This document shows, one piece after another, positions 39,801 to 54,800 of a stretch of DNA of 64,000 bases. The notes beneath the pieces were generated by a model. It saw only the letters and a program-made list of their open reading frames with translations. It made no database searches and was not told the DNA's origin. The stretch is from Mytilus edulis. Taxonomy: Eukaryota. Position 1 is the stretch's first letter; each line of letters starts with the position of its first letter. Position numbers and translations under genes: made by a program. Location of the stretch: the NCBI RefSeq assembly GCF_963676685.1, contig NC_092344.1, positions 98,642,001 through 98,706,000 of the forward strand, given 5' to 3'.

Positions 39801-42800
39801 GGAAGACTGGGAGAACATCACCTTCAATCTATCACCGTACAGAGATTCAGGTGTTAATATTCTGTCAGCTGTTGATGACATACAGACCACACTTGATGAT
39901 CAGATTGTCAAAACACAAACAATGAGAGGTTCACCTTTCATTAAACCTTTTGATAAGGAAATCAGGGTAGGTTAAATCATAAACATAAATCAACATTTAC
40001 TGAAGGGTTCAAGTATTTCAAAAATACCACTTACACTGTTCCTTGTGTTTGGAACCTTAGCAGTATAGCATCATTCATAAACTGAAGACATTTATGCTTC
40101 AGAATGCAATAAAACTTTGATAAAAAGGAATATTTCAGATAGGACGTTAGCTTATTTTTCGTTTTACTGAAGAAAACTGAATTTATGTATTTAGTATTTA
40201 TGATGCAATGTCATTAATGTAAGATATTAAAGGCAGTTTCAAGTTTTGTAGTTAAGTGTCCTATAAATTTTCTAAATGTGTATATATAATTGGCTGTGTT
40301 AAAAAAAGGCATATATTTCCTTGCAGAAATGTCACTACCCTTTAATACTCTATCAGTGAGTATCTGCTATTTGAAAATAAACCTACACTGAAGATAGTAT
40401 AGCTCACAGTATGGTCTTCAATAATGATGATGAATCCATACATTTATTATTCTTCTTTCTGTAGGAATGGGAGGAGCGTCTCCTCAGAATCCAGGACACA
40501 ATAGATGAATGGTTAAAGGTACAGGCACAATGGCTATATTTGGAACCTATCTTCTCATCAGAAGATATCATGCAACAGATGCCTGAGGAAGGACGATTGT
40601 TTTTGGTTGTAGACAGAAACTGGAAAGATGTGATGAAGCATACCACTAGAGATCCTAAGGTATCAAGTCATTTAATTCAACATAAGTATAGGCTTATTGC
40701 AAATAAGAACATCATATTAGCAGAAGCTATATAGTTTGAAAGCAGAAGTTTTAAAGTAACTCGAAGAACAAAGTCAAAGGATGCTTTTTATTACATATAC
40801 ATCATATAATTGACATTGCACTTTTAAAACAGTTCTAGTATATTGGGATTATCATAACCAAGATATTATGTTTGATTGACATTTCCATTTACTGTGGATT
40901 CATTTTTATTCGTTGGATATCAATTTTTGTGCACTTCGTTGTTTCCGGGGAACCACGAATTTCAATGTATAACGAATTTCAATTTCCTATAGAAATGTAT
41001 GCAGACTGGCGAAGCCACCAAATTAAATATCCACGAAAATACAAGTTTTCCTTAATCAATGAAAATTGGTACCCACGAAAATCACTGAGTAGGCTTGAGA
41101 AAGTTTGTTGTAGGGAGGGACATCCATGTTCCACTGACACATAATGTTTGACTTTATGTTTTAGGTACTTGCAGCCACTAGCTTACAAGGGTTACTGGAA
41201 AAACTACAGGACAGTAATGGACTTCTAGACAAAATCATGAAAGGATTGAATGCCTACCTTGAGAAGAAACGTTTATATTTCCCACGATTCTTCTTCCTTT
41301 CAAATGATGAAATGTTGGAAATCTTGTCTGAGACCAAAGACCCAATGAGAGTACAACCACATTTGAAGAAATGTTTTGAAGGCATTGCCAAACTTGAATT
41401 TGATGCCAAACTTGACATTCATGCTATGTTCTCCAGTGAAGGAGAGAAAATTACATTCTCACAGGTGATATCTACTTCAGACGCTAGAGGAGCTGTGGAG
41501 AAGTGGCTGTTACAAGTACAGGATGTTATGTTGATGTCCATCAAAGATGTCTGTGCTAAAGCAATGGAGGTAAATTATAATAGATTAAGTTGTTTGGATT
41601 GAAAAATATTCAATTTAAATGAAAAAATTTAGTCAGATTTTTTAACCAAATCAAAAATTGTTCAAAATTTATCTTTTTTTCTTTATAGTTTTATTAGCAA
41701 TTTGTTTAATAAACCTTTGTAACGACTATTTGTTTCTGCTGAAGACTTCCATGTATAGAAGTTGCATATTACTTTCAAAATATATATAAAAAGCAAGCAA
41801 AGAAGGAGAAATCAAGAGTGAGTATAAAAGAACATCAATGTTCATGTTATATGTACCAAATCAATCTTGGCAGATTGTGCAACTATGTCACCCACTGTCT
41901 TGTCAGAGCTTTTGTAAACTTATGTGCCTTGTTCAAAAATGAATAGGACAGTAATTTGTTTAAAAGATAATGTCGTAACATGTATGATTTATACAAACTC
42001 GATTATTAGTTAGTATTTGTCGTCTCACATTGTATATCTGTAGATTGATAATTTTGTTTAGTATCATTGAGACAGAGTTTGTTGTTATTTAACTGAGTGA
42101 AATTCAGGCTTAATTTATTCAAGAAATCCTTATATTCAACATTATTATACCTCTGAAATATAATACGTGTAACTGAATATGTTATAAATATGACTTTGTA
42201 GGCTTATGCAATTGATCCACGTATTGATTGGGTGAGAGAATGGCCAGGACAAGTTGTACTGTGTGTATCACAGGCCTATTGGACCAGGGAGGTCCATGAA
42301 GCCATTAGACTTGGACCACAGGGACTCAGAGATTATTGGGACAAATTACAGGCACAACTGCAGGAAATTGTAATTCTGGTGAGAGGAAAACTGTCAAAAC
42401 AGATTAGGACTACTCTTGGAGCTTTAGTGGTACTAGATGTACATGCTCGTGACTGCGTCTTGGATATGGCAGAAAAAGGTAAGTGTCTTTAAATATGTTT
42501 TTACGCTTTAGAATTGGAATGTAATACATAGAATATGCTTCTAATAGAAGTTAGAACCAAAATTTAGGAAATTTGGCTCATTTTAGAAATAAAGTCAAGG
42601 AAGTAACGGCAATGAAACATTGTTTGTCTGGTATTAAAGATGTTTATTCCATACATTTCATAAAAAAACAAATCCCAACTAAAATGGTTGAAATTAAATC
42701 TTAAGCTTTTTCGTAAATATTTTTGATATTATAAATTTTGTTATACAGTTTTAAAATGGTATTAATATTGTACGAAAAGTTTCAAAAACTGTCCTTAAAC

Positions 42801-45800
42801 AGCTTGACTATTGATGAAATTGTATACAATAATGCTTTAAAAAATACTTGTGAAAACAATAATTCTGTTATGTTAAAGGTGTGTCCTCTGAGAATGATTT
42901 CAACTGGCTAGCCCAGCTGAGATACTACTGGGAAGAAGAAAACATGAGAGTCAGAATGACAAATGCCACAGTGAAGTATGCCTATGAGTATCTTGGAAAC
43001 ACAGCTAGATTGGTTATCACACCACTGACTGACAGATGCTATCGTACACTGATTGGAGCTTTTCATTTGAACTTGAATGGGGCCCCTGAAGGTCCTGCTG
43101 GAACCGGTAAAACAGAAACCGTCAAAGATCTGGCCAAAGCTCTAGCTGTACAGTGTGTTGTGTTTAACTGTTCTGATGGTCTGGATTACTTGGCTATGGG
43201 AAAAGTAAGTGAGAAGAAACTACCACTGTCAATTAATAATTTCACTTCTTAATTCAACTTGAAACACTTGTTTTAGAGACACTTTGATATTGCAAGATAA
43301 TCAGACCAATGGTCGTCAATCTACAAGTTTACCTTGAATATGATTGAAATATTACCTGGTGAATGTTCATCTAATTTTTATATAAAACCATGGAAAAAGT
43401 ATCTTGACTAATTATTTTCTTTCTCTTTTCAGTTCTTCAAAGGATTGGCTTCAGCAGGAGCCTGGGCATGCTTTGATGAATTCAACAGAATAGATTTAGA
43501 AGTATTGTCTGTCATTGCACAGCAGGTAAAACACTTTTAAAAATGAGATAATCATGTTTATGATTATAAATCTTAGTTTCACAAAAAAAAATACAGAAAT
43601 ACTAAAGACTCTTTAAATTCTGACCCCTATTGTTTATATTTCATCAAATCAAACTGTTCAGCTGGTCAGAAACTATGATAACCACATTTGAGTCATCAAT
43701 GTTATTTGTAAGTACAAAATAGAATTATACTGACAACCTTTTAATTTTTATTGCTTATATATTTAGGTATTGAATAAAAACATTGTTATATTTTTCAGAT
43801 TTTATGTATTATCAGAGCCGTTCAGGGCCATGTGACCACATTTGACTTTGAAGGAACAGAATTGGATCTTAATCCTAATTGTTATGTCTGTATTACAATG
43901 AACCCTGGTTATGCTGGAAGATCTGAACTTCCTGACAATCTAAAGGTTCTCTTCCGTACAGTAGCTATGATGGTACCAGACTATGCCATGATTGCTGAAA
44001 TCTCGCTGTACTCATTTGGTTTCCAGAATGCCAGACCATTGTCTGTTAAGATTGTGACTGTATACAGACTTTGTTCAGAACAGTTGTCATCACAGTTTCA
44101 CTACGATTATGGAATGAGGGCTGTCAAGGCTGTATTATCTGCTGCTGGTAACTTGAAACTGAAATTTCCAGATGAGGATGAAGATATTCTGGTAAATAAA
44201 TCCTAATTTAAAATTTAGTCTACTATTTTATATAATCTGATGTATAATTTAAGTAGAAGCATAAAGAGCAAAGTATAAGATGCTCAAGGAGAGTAAATAT
44301 CTAAAATTGAAGTTAGTTCTTAACATTAATTCTTTTTCTTGAAGATAAGTTGTTGAACATGCATTTGAAGTGTTTATGTTAAAGCATATGAGCAGCACTG
44401 AAATTCAATTAGATTTTTAGGATTCCTTTTTTTCAATCGGTCACTTATTTACTTCCTGTTTGGATCATAAATGTTTGGTAAACATAAGTAATGAAATCAC
44501 AGCATAGGTAATTATTAGTCATTAAAGGTACTTAGATTACATAAATAATGTTCTTTCTGTTATTCTATTTTCAGTTATTAAGATCCATCATTGATGATAA
44601 ATAATGTTCTTTCTGTTATTCTATTTTCAGTTATTAAGATCCATCATTGATGATAAATAATGTTCTTTCTGTTATTCTATTTTCAGTTATTAAGATCCAT
44701 CATTGATGTCAATCTTCCCAAGTTCTTGTCACATGACATTCCTCTGTTCAATGGTATCACATCTGACTTGTTCCCTGGAGTTACACTTCCTGAAGCAGAC
44801 TATAAAGTCTTCTTGGAAGCCATGGAAACAATCTGTGCGAAAAATAACCTACAGTTTGTTGATTTCTTCCGAGAGAAGATAATCCAGACATATGAAATGA
44901 TGATTGTGAGACACGGGTAGGTTTTTATAAATAAAATGAAATTGTTCATCTTCAGGTAGACAAAATATAGTTATGTGTCATAAAGGTTTGAGTATTCTGA
45001 ATTTAAAAAGTGTTAAATGGTTACTTATGATTTGATATGAAGTTAATGTTCATTCTTAAAACCTACTTGTTTTCCACAAAAAAAAATCACCTGTAATTAC
45101 ATCCAAAGGAGAAGTCTCTTTTTTGGGAAAAGAATATTCTTCAAACCATTGACACACAAATATGTTTCATTGATGATTTTAGATTCGTTTAGCATTGGCT
45201 TGTGAGTAACTTGTATTAAGTTTTGATTTTTCTCTGTCTTACATTTCTATTGAAAGTCTTTGAAATTTGATGTCTTGACCTTCCACTGTTTGTTAATTGA
45301 TTATTTATAAACGTATGAACAAATCCTTCTTTGCAGTTTAAATGATCTTATAAAACTGAGAAATACAATGTTGCAATCTTAGTATTTAAATGTAAAATAT
45401 CATTTTATTGGTTAATTTTTCTTTATGAAAAAACAAATATTCCTTACATTGATTAGATGTTAGGAAGTTTTCATTAAACCTTCATAAAGTTTATACAAAA
45501 GATTTAGATTAACATTAATACTCAAGTTTTTGCTTTTTAGTTTTATGTTGGTTGGAGAACCTTTTGGTGGGAAAACAGTTACTTTAAAGACATTGTGTGA
45601 GGGAATGACCTTACTGAATGAACAAGGTCATGAGGACTTTGAAAGGGTCATGTACAAAATTATCAATCCTAAGTCAATTACTATGGGACAACTGTTTGGT
45701 ATGTTTGACCCCGTTTCTCATGAATGGACTGATGGTGTTGTTGCCAATACATTCAGAGAGTTTGCTTCTAATGACACACCTGATCGTAAATGGGTAATAT

Positions 45801-48800
45801 TTGATGGACCTATTGATGCCCTGTGGATTGAGAACATGAACACAGTATTAGATGATAACAAGAAGCTTTGTTTGATGAGTGGAGAGATTATACAGTTGTC
45901 ACCACCTATGAGTTTAATCTTTGAGACAATGGATCTCTCACAAGCTTCAGTAAGAACGTGATCACTTTTTATTCAATATATATATCTCATAAAGTAAACG
46001 GAACTCATTATACAAAAAAGTGAATAGTCATAAAGTTGTTTTTAAAATAATTCCAAAATTTAAATTATATACAGGAAAAGATAAACATCATTTTACTGTT
46101 TAATCTTATTGGAAATCTTTACAAATATATCTATTTTTATATATATCAAATATATTGGATATTCTAAAATTGAATTTTGTAAAACTATCTGAATAAGTCA
46201 ATTTGTAGTTTACACTGTAAGATTCCAGCATGATTACATAGCTTATTTTCCATCATCACATAAATTCTTTTATTGAATACATACTGAACCTATGTTGAAA
46301 TTAGATTTCTTCTCCTTCCAGCCAGCCACAGTCAGTAGGTGTGGTATGATATACTTAGAACCCTCCTCCCTCGGTTGGAGACCATTCTTTAAGTCATGGC
46401 TGAATGTCTTCCCAGAAGTCCTGGCCAAGGAAGCACTTGATTTGGTGGAAGCCACGTTTGAATGGCTGGTAGATCCATGTTTAGAATTTATCAGAAAGAA
46501 CACCAAGGTACGTTCAAAATTGCTCAGAAAATTATTACCGCTTACATCAAGTATACCAAGTGTTATTACCATTACAATAGCTACAATGAAAGATTACTGT
46601 GAAAAAATATGAGGATTAATCATGAAATTTACTGTTGGTGAAAGATAGAACAGTTAAACACCAAAAAGAATGTAAGAAAATTACACTCTTAGGTTAGCAG
46701 AGTATTTGCTATCCATTTGGGTATAATTAATTTTTAATGTCAGTGAAGAAAATGGTTTAACTAAGGATCTTAATAAAAATACATAATGTGTATGTTATAT
46801 GTAAAATCAGATCAATTGTAGAATTGTAGAATCTACTGCAAAACAATTTACAAATCTTTCTATATGACATAATGAGCAATGTACTTTGAACAATTAACCC
46901 TTAAAAGGAAGTAAGTATTATAGATATTTCACAGGATCTTCCACATTGATAGCACTGCATATTCCTCAAATGTTTTATTCCTCATTCAGTTTATTCACGA
47001 GAAGAAAAAAAATCAAATTTATTTTCATTCGAATATGGCACACGCATGACTTCACAATTTCTTTTGAATGAACTTGAGATCAAAATAGAGATGCATGACA
47101 TGAAATTTTATAAAATTTTCTGAATTAGTCAATTTGTAGTTTTCACTTTAAGATTGTAAAACATTCCTTTGTTCAAGAATGTTTTTTTCCTCAAATCAAA
47201 ATGGCTGCTTTTAGAATGGGTCATTTAAGTCTGCTTTGACCAAGGTCCATATAAAGTATTATTATACCTTCCATATATTACAAACAATTCTATTGGATAA
47301 CAACTTATCACGTGACATGGAATAATTCGGTTAATTTTCATGTAATTGCATGGGAGGACGAATAACCCTTAAAATTTACACCAGCGGTGAATAACCCTAT
47401 TAAATAACCTTTTTAGTGTCTAGATTTGCACTCGAGTTACCTTCCATGCAAATGACGTCACAGACGTAAATAAACAAGATGGCAGCGTTCACGTTACACT
47501 GACAGCCCATCGAGAGACGAGGAAATAAGTCTTTGGAAATGAATAGAGTGCCAGCAGCCGATGTTATCTCCTCTAAACGGTCCTTTTCAGGGCCATTAAT
47601 ATTTTACGAAAAGATTCTACCTTTGTTGTACATCCGAGAAATTCTAGAACACAAACATGACAAATATATTTTCCTGAGCTATTTTCAAACGTCAGCTTGT
47701 GTTTGTTATGTAAAAAATATAGTGTTCAAAATGCCCTTCTGCTGTTTATTCGGTATAATAAAACAATTTTGGCCCCATAGAATCTATGAATATCCAAAAT
47801 TGTCAACCCTTAAAAGTTATTTCACTTCCGTCTGCGCCCTCATTGAAATAACCTTTTCGTGTTGACAATTTTGGATATTCACCTTTTCAACGGGCCATAA
47901 TTGTATATTGTTTTGACCTTTTAGAAATGAAAAATAATTCTCTATATTAATTTAAAATCAGACATAACACTGACTGATGAGTTCATGTATGTTTGAATCA
48001 GAAGAAAAAATACACAGTTGATTAATTGCTGTAGATTTTTTTTATATTTTTAACCATAAGCTGTAAATGATTATTGTGAGATTTTATAATTTTAGGAATA
48101 TGTCGCTGGTCGTTATGCCAACCAAGTGAGGTCATTAATGTACTTGTTTGATATGCTTATGCACGAGCATGTAAATGCTGAAGATGCCCATGACAACAAA
48201 AACCTCAAAGTTTATGCTGTGGTAAGTAACAATAGGATGAATAAACATTTAATTATTGTGTTGTCAGTGTGTTTTTGTTGTTTGTGCTTAGGTTAGAAAG
48301 ATTGAATTTAAGTTTATACAGGTAAGAACAGTAACAAAATGAAACTTTATTAAATTTGAAGTTTTTACTGAATGAAATTTTAAAAGTTATGCATATGAAA
48401 ACAAGACAAATAGTGTTTTTTACACTTCTTTTCTTAATTCATAGATAATGATCCTTTTATATATACATGTACACATTGTTTAAAATCCTTTACTTGTGTA
48501 GTTACAGGATGTGAGATGATTAAAGGTTAAGATATGTCTCAAAGAATGTTGAAATTTGGTTTTATTACTGTTTAGAAATTATATGCGAGTTTTGATATTG
48601 GATATTCTAAACTTTAGAATTTCTACAAGGAAAGAATGTTAAACGTGTTGTCACAAAACAAAATAATTTTTTATCCCTCTATCTTACATACCTCCATGCT
48701 CAAACGTCTTAATTTTGATTTTTTATAAATCGGGTAATAGGACAGTTATATTGGTATTTATCATTTGTTTTATAGTCAGCCATATTATTTTCCATACCTT

Positions 48801-51800
48801 GGAGTATTGGTGCATGTGTTGACGCTGATGGAAGAAACAAGTTTGATGTTTTCTTCAAAGAGCTGATTTCTGGAAAGCAGGAAGAATTCCCCATGCCTAA
48901 GGCTTTAGGAACAAAGCTTGATGTACCCATTCCTGATAATATGCATGTTTATGAAATATTTTATGAAGTAAGTTAATAAACACTGATGTTCTCAGTCATT
49001 TAGGCTTTTAATTTATTCAGAAAGGGTAAATGCACACAATTCGAAATAATTGCCATCTTAAAACAACAGTTGATTTTTAAAAAGAATATTTGATAATAAT
49101 GTACATCAACTCACTTAAGACAGTAGATAAAAAAAAAAAATTCAGTCAAAAACTTTTCTAAAAAAGATTTTACATTTTGTTTGGTTTTTAATCCTTTTAA
49201 TTTTGTGTTTTTTAAAAATAGCAAATAGAGTTACAATATAATTTCATGTCATGATTTTAGTATAGGTTTTTTTTATAATAAAAATAACCTCATTATATTG
49301 TAGTTTAAAAATGACCTCATTATATTGTAGTTTAAAAATCGTGGAGCCTGGAAACACTGGAATGATTTGATAAAAAATCTTGAAATAAAAGCCAAAAAAA
49401 TCCGAGAAATGTTGGTGCCAACCATGGATACAGCCAGATATACATTCTTAATGGAGCTGTGTATTGAGCATTCTAGGTATGTTAATGTTTTGTTTTAATC
49501 CTCAAACACACTGTTATACTTTAATCATGTTTTTGTGTGGTTGAAGTAAATTTTGAAAACTATTTTCAACAAAAAAAAATGTCTTTAAAATGATCTTAAC
49601 CCACAGAAGGTAAACATTTTTAACCGGATTTTTGTGACAAAAATGTCGGTTATTGATTTGGGGATGTACGGCGGGCGGGCGGGCGGGCAGGCGGGCGGCA
49701 ATCAAATGTTGTCCGTGCATTAACTCATGAACCGTTCAACCAAAGCTTTTAAAATTTTAATATGTTATTCCTGACAACTATACGAAGGTCAAGTTCAATA
49801 ATGGCGATTTTGACTTTTACCGTTCAGGAGTTATGGTTCTTGAAAGATTGAAAAATGGAGTTGTCCGTGCATTTACGCATGAACTGTTCTACCAAAGCTT
49901 CCCAAATTTTAATATGTTGTTACTAATGAAAGAATGGAGGTCAAGTTCAATAATGATGAATTTGACTTTTACCGTTCAGGAGTTATGGTTCTTGAAAGAT
50001 TGAAAAATGGAGTTTCCAGTCATGTCCGTGCATTTATGCATTAACTGTTCTACCAAAGCTTCCGAAATTTTAATATGCTGTTACTGATGACAAAATGGAG
50101 GTCAAGTTCAATAATGACGATTTTGACTTTTACCGTTCAGGAGTTATGGTTCTTGAAAGATTGAAAAATGGTTTTTCCCGTCTTGTCCGTGCATTTTCTC
50201 ATGAACCATTCAACCAAAGCTTTTGAAATTTTAATATGTTGTTACTGATGACAAAATAGAGGTCAAGTTCAATAATGACGATTTTGACTTTTACCGTTCA
50301 GGAGTTATGGTTCTTGAAAGATCGTAAAATGGCGTTTCCATTCAGGTTGTTGCATTTACTCATGAACCATTCAATCTAAGCTTTTCAAATTTTGATATGT
50401 TGATACTGATGACAAAATGGAGGTCAAATTTGATATTGACGATTTTCACTTTCACCATTCATCAGTAATGGTTCTTGTGATATTGCCAGGACACAAATAA
50501 ATGTTAATAAATCCGGTTTGCTGTCGTTGTGACAGCCTCTTGTTATTTTATGGATTATGTCATCCTGCCCATTTAAAGTTGAACATACTAATAAACAAAT
50601 AGAAATATTTTATTGCAACTTTCAACCACATTACCAAGTTTCCCCTTTGCAAGATATGAATTTGTCTTGTTGAATTGATTCTAGTGTACCAAAGAATTAA
50701 AAGATTATATTAAGATTTTTCTAAGAAGAACATGTAATTGATAGTAAGAATCAGTGTTGAATGGCAATATTGTTGTTTAATGATATACTTTATCAGAATT
50801 CAAAATCTCACAATAAATACAACTTTCTATTAGTTAAGGCAGTCACCAAACTGCAAGGTCCATAAATTGCGTTTGTTTATACATGCAAAACCTCAGAAGT
50901 ATTCCATACGAAATATGCCTATTTGTTTGAAAATTATTTTATTTACATTTTAGACCTATTCTCTTTGTGGGACCAACTGGTACAGGTAAATCTGTGTATG
51001 TACAAGACAAACTAATGAATGGTCTTTCTAAGGATAAATATCTTCCAGCTTTTGTCAACTTCTCAGCACAGACCAGTGCTAATCAAACCCAGGTAAATAT
51101 AAACTGTTGTATTTAAAATAATATAGTTAAGATATGATAAAACATTAGGGTTAAATTATACAAAAAAAGTTAATAAGTTGCAGACCCTTTTATTTTATTG
51201 ACCATATTTTTTCTAGAAACAAGATGAACGTACAGAAATCACCTTTTGAATATCCCCTCAACAATGACCACACAGTTAGTTAGAATAAATGTAAAATGAT
51301 TTCTCTAGAACAAGTGACAACCACTAATTTTGTGCGACCACAGCATTGAAATTTACTGATCAAGAATGACCATCAAATTGGTTTTGCATTCTATATCAGT
51401 TTGTTAATCCAAAACTTCTTTAAAACTGCTTAGCAGATTTCCATAAAATTGCAAAGGTTCTTAATTCTACAGAAAATTAAGTAAACTAATCCTTTTTTAT
51501 TTGTATCGGAGTCTTTTGGGCGATTTCCTGTCCCATTTTATCTTATAAAAACTGTATCTGTTTTTCAAAGCATCAATAATTTCAATGAAATTATCTTTTT
51601 CCAGAACATTATAATGTCAAGATTGGACAAACGTAGGAAAGGCGTGTTTGGACCACAGATGGGTAAAAAGGCTGTTATTTTTGTTGATGATTTAAACATG
51701 CCAGCTAAAGAAGTGTATGGTGCCCAACCTCCTATTGAACTTCTGAGACAGTTCCAGGATCATGGTTATTGGTGAGTGACATATTTTTGTGGCAGTTTAT

Positions 51801-54800
51801 AACAGCGATGGGGGAACTATTGAAGAAAATGTTCAAATTCCCTGTAGTGCCAATCGACCTAGAGGCATTATTGGAATGCCAGAAAAAAATGTTGGTATTG
51901 CCTATGGCTGTTTGAAATAGAGGCAGAAATACCACAGGGACTATCCTAAACCATAAGTCAAAGAAAAACAGAAAATTCCATGGCCTTAAAGATAAGGGGG
52001 AAAAAACAAACAAGTCTTTAAAACACTACACAGCAAATTGAAGACAGAGCAAAACACAAACCCAACCCCACAAAATCAAGTGCTTAAAGAACTGGACGCT
52101 TTATTTCAGACTATAAAATTCATAGAAATGTATGTGATGACAGTATTCAGTTACAACATGTAGATAATGCATTTTGTTTGTTCAAATACTTTTCAATGAG
52201 ATCATGTTCAAACTGACCGAATTCTTCATAATTTATGCTCATAAAACTTTTGGAGGATAGCATTATATGTAAAAATGGCAGACACGAGGTTACATTAAGT
52301 ATCAAGTTTGTAAGAATTATTTATATTAAATAATGGTTTGTTTTGCTTGAAGGTATGACTTGAAGGAAACGTCCAAACTTCTACTACAAGATGTCCAGTT
52401 GATTTGTGCCATGGGACCCCCAGGAGGAGGTAGAAATGATGTGACTCTCAGGTTTATGAGACATTTTAACATGATTGGAATAAACTCCTTCAGTGAAGAC
52501 ACTATGATCAAAATATTCTCCATAATGATATCTACCTACTTGAGGGTAAGGGAACTCAAAATTAAATTACTTATATAAAAAAATTGATTTTAAAAAGTTA
52601 GCTCGGCAGTTGTAGCTCAGCGATTGTCTGTATTTCTAAATAGCAGACTTGCTTATTTAGCCAAAATCATATGAATGATACATTTTAAAACAATCCATAT
52701 TGCAAGGACTATGAGAAAAGTTTCATATAAAGTAAGGGAGGGTTTTCAGTGATTTTTCCTTTATTTTAATTCAAGCATGTTACTGTTTTAGCAAATTATG
52801 CATTAATGTCATTGTCACACAATGGTTATAACTCAATGTTATAGGACTATTTGAATTGGTTGTTAGAAAACAATGTTCCTAGGAAACTGATTGTTATGTG
52901 AAGTATATAGTTTCAATGTGTTTTCAAGAGATTTGTGAATCTTGATTGTTAATGTTTTTATTTTTTAGGGTGCTGAGTTTTCAGGAGATTTCCTGGCCCT
53001 TGGAAACATGATTGTTAGTGCTACAAATGACATGTATAAACAAGCTATTGCCAACCTGTTACCAACACCAGCCAAATCACATTACGTGTTTAATTTACGA
53101 GATTTCTCCAGAGTCATCCTTGGAGTGTGTCTGATCAAGAAAAATGAAGTTGAAAACAAACGTGTGATGATGAGGTAAATACTAACTGCCTATAGGCAAA
53201 CAATATAGATAATAACATTAAAGCCCACAGACATACAATACAGTAACAGGCTATCATTGATGCTTTTGCTCAAAAAGATATTACAAGAATTAGATGAACT
53301 GCTATATATATTTCTCTTAGCTTTAGTAACATTCAAGGTGTTTAAAAGTACAGCTATTTGTAAGATCTAGGCAGGGGGTGATTCATAGTCAAATATGTTA
53401 AAAAAAAACAAAAAAAAACAAAAAAAAACGTTTGGTTTTGCTGTTTATTGTAAAGCCAAAGTCACTGTTCTGGAAAACTATGCCTTTCTAGATTTGGCTT
53501 CTCTTTTGGTTATTTATATAAAAAAATAATTGAAAAATTATGGTATCCTCTATATAGATCAAAAGAAAAAAATTGTATTAACAATGTTTATCTGACTATT
53601 ACAGATTATGGGTCCATGAAGTGATGAGAGTATTCTACGATCGGCTCACAGATGATGCAGACAGATCATGGTTGTTCAAGTAAGTCACATTATGGGTTTT
53701 GTTTGTTTAAATTTAAGGCTTATTCATTCTTTTACACTTACTGAGACATATTGAGTTGTAATGATGATAATCCCCAACAGGTATCATATAGCCTTTTAAA
53801 GTAGTTTCACATTGGACCATATATGAAACATTTGTATGAATCTTTAGAACAAATTAACCATTTAAAACAATATATGAATTGATGTTGATGTTTTGACAAA
53901 AAGTTGATTATTTAGTTTCATACTCGACTAACATGTATTCAGATACTGTTTTCCAGTTGAAAGTTATTCACCTATGAAAAGTGATAAATTTTTACGGAGA
54001 ATCTACAACATGAGTGTTATTGATTAAGAATGTATTTTATCTTATAGAACAACACAGAATGCTGTGAAGGACTACTTTAAAGAGAGTTTTGACAGTTTAT
54101 TTGAACATCTAGCTGGTGGTGGCAGTGGAGAAGGAAAGGTACATTTTCTGATAAATTAATAATACAACTAAAACAGATTAAGTTTGAAAAAGGCTGCAAA
54201 ATTGTGATTAAAATCTGGAAAACATTGAAATAAATTGTCTTAGGTTTAATGAACATGCCTGAATTTTGAAATTAGTATCAAACAGCTAGCCTCTATAGTA
54301 TGGAAAGCCATTAGAGCCAAAAAAAGCAGGTTGGGATAGAGGCTGTATTATTACAGCCCCTAATGGTAACATATTAGAATCTGCCTTATTCTGGATCAAT
54401 GATAATCAAGGACAGCAAACAAACAATGAAAATTCTGTTGTTCTTTTTAGGTTTTTCTTGAGATATATTATTTAAATAAATAAAAAGTAACAATAATAGA
54501 ACTACCAAATTCTGAGGAAAATTCCAAACGGAAAGTCCTTAATCAAATGGGAAGATCAATGATATTGACTTTTTATGTCGTTATAATGTAGTATTTATTT
54601 GTCTGTAACAGGGACCACCATCAAAGGTATCAATAAAGTGTGAAATATAGATATTTCTTGCTAGATTATGTTGTCTAGGAGTGTGTTTACTTTGTTCAAG
54701 AACTTTTTAAAAAATCTTTTCTTTCTTGAATTTTATTGAAATAAAACTAAACTATTGAAATGATTTCTATCAACTTTTGTTATTAAGTGCCAGTAATGTT

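Noticed and set aside
47970-48005. CTGATGAG resembling a hammerhead ribozyme core
   Set aside because: No convincing stem II, GAAA motif or flanking helices; other CTGATGA hits also failed.
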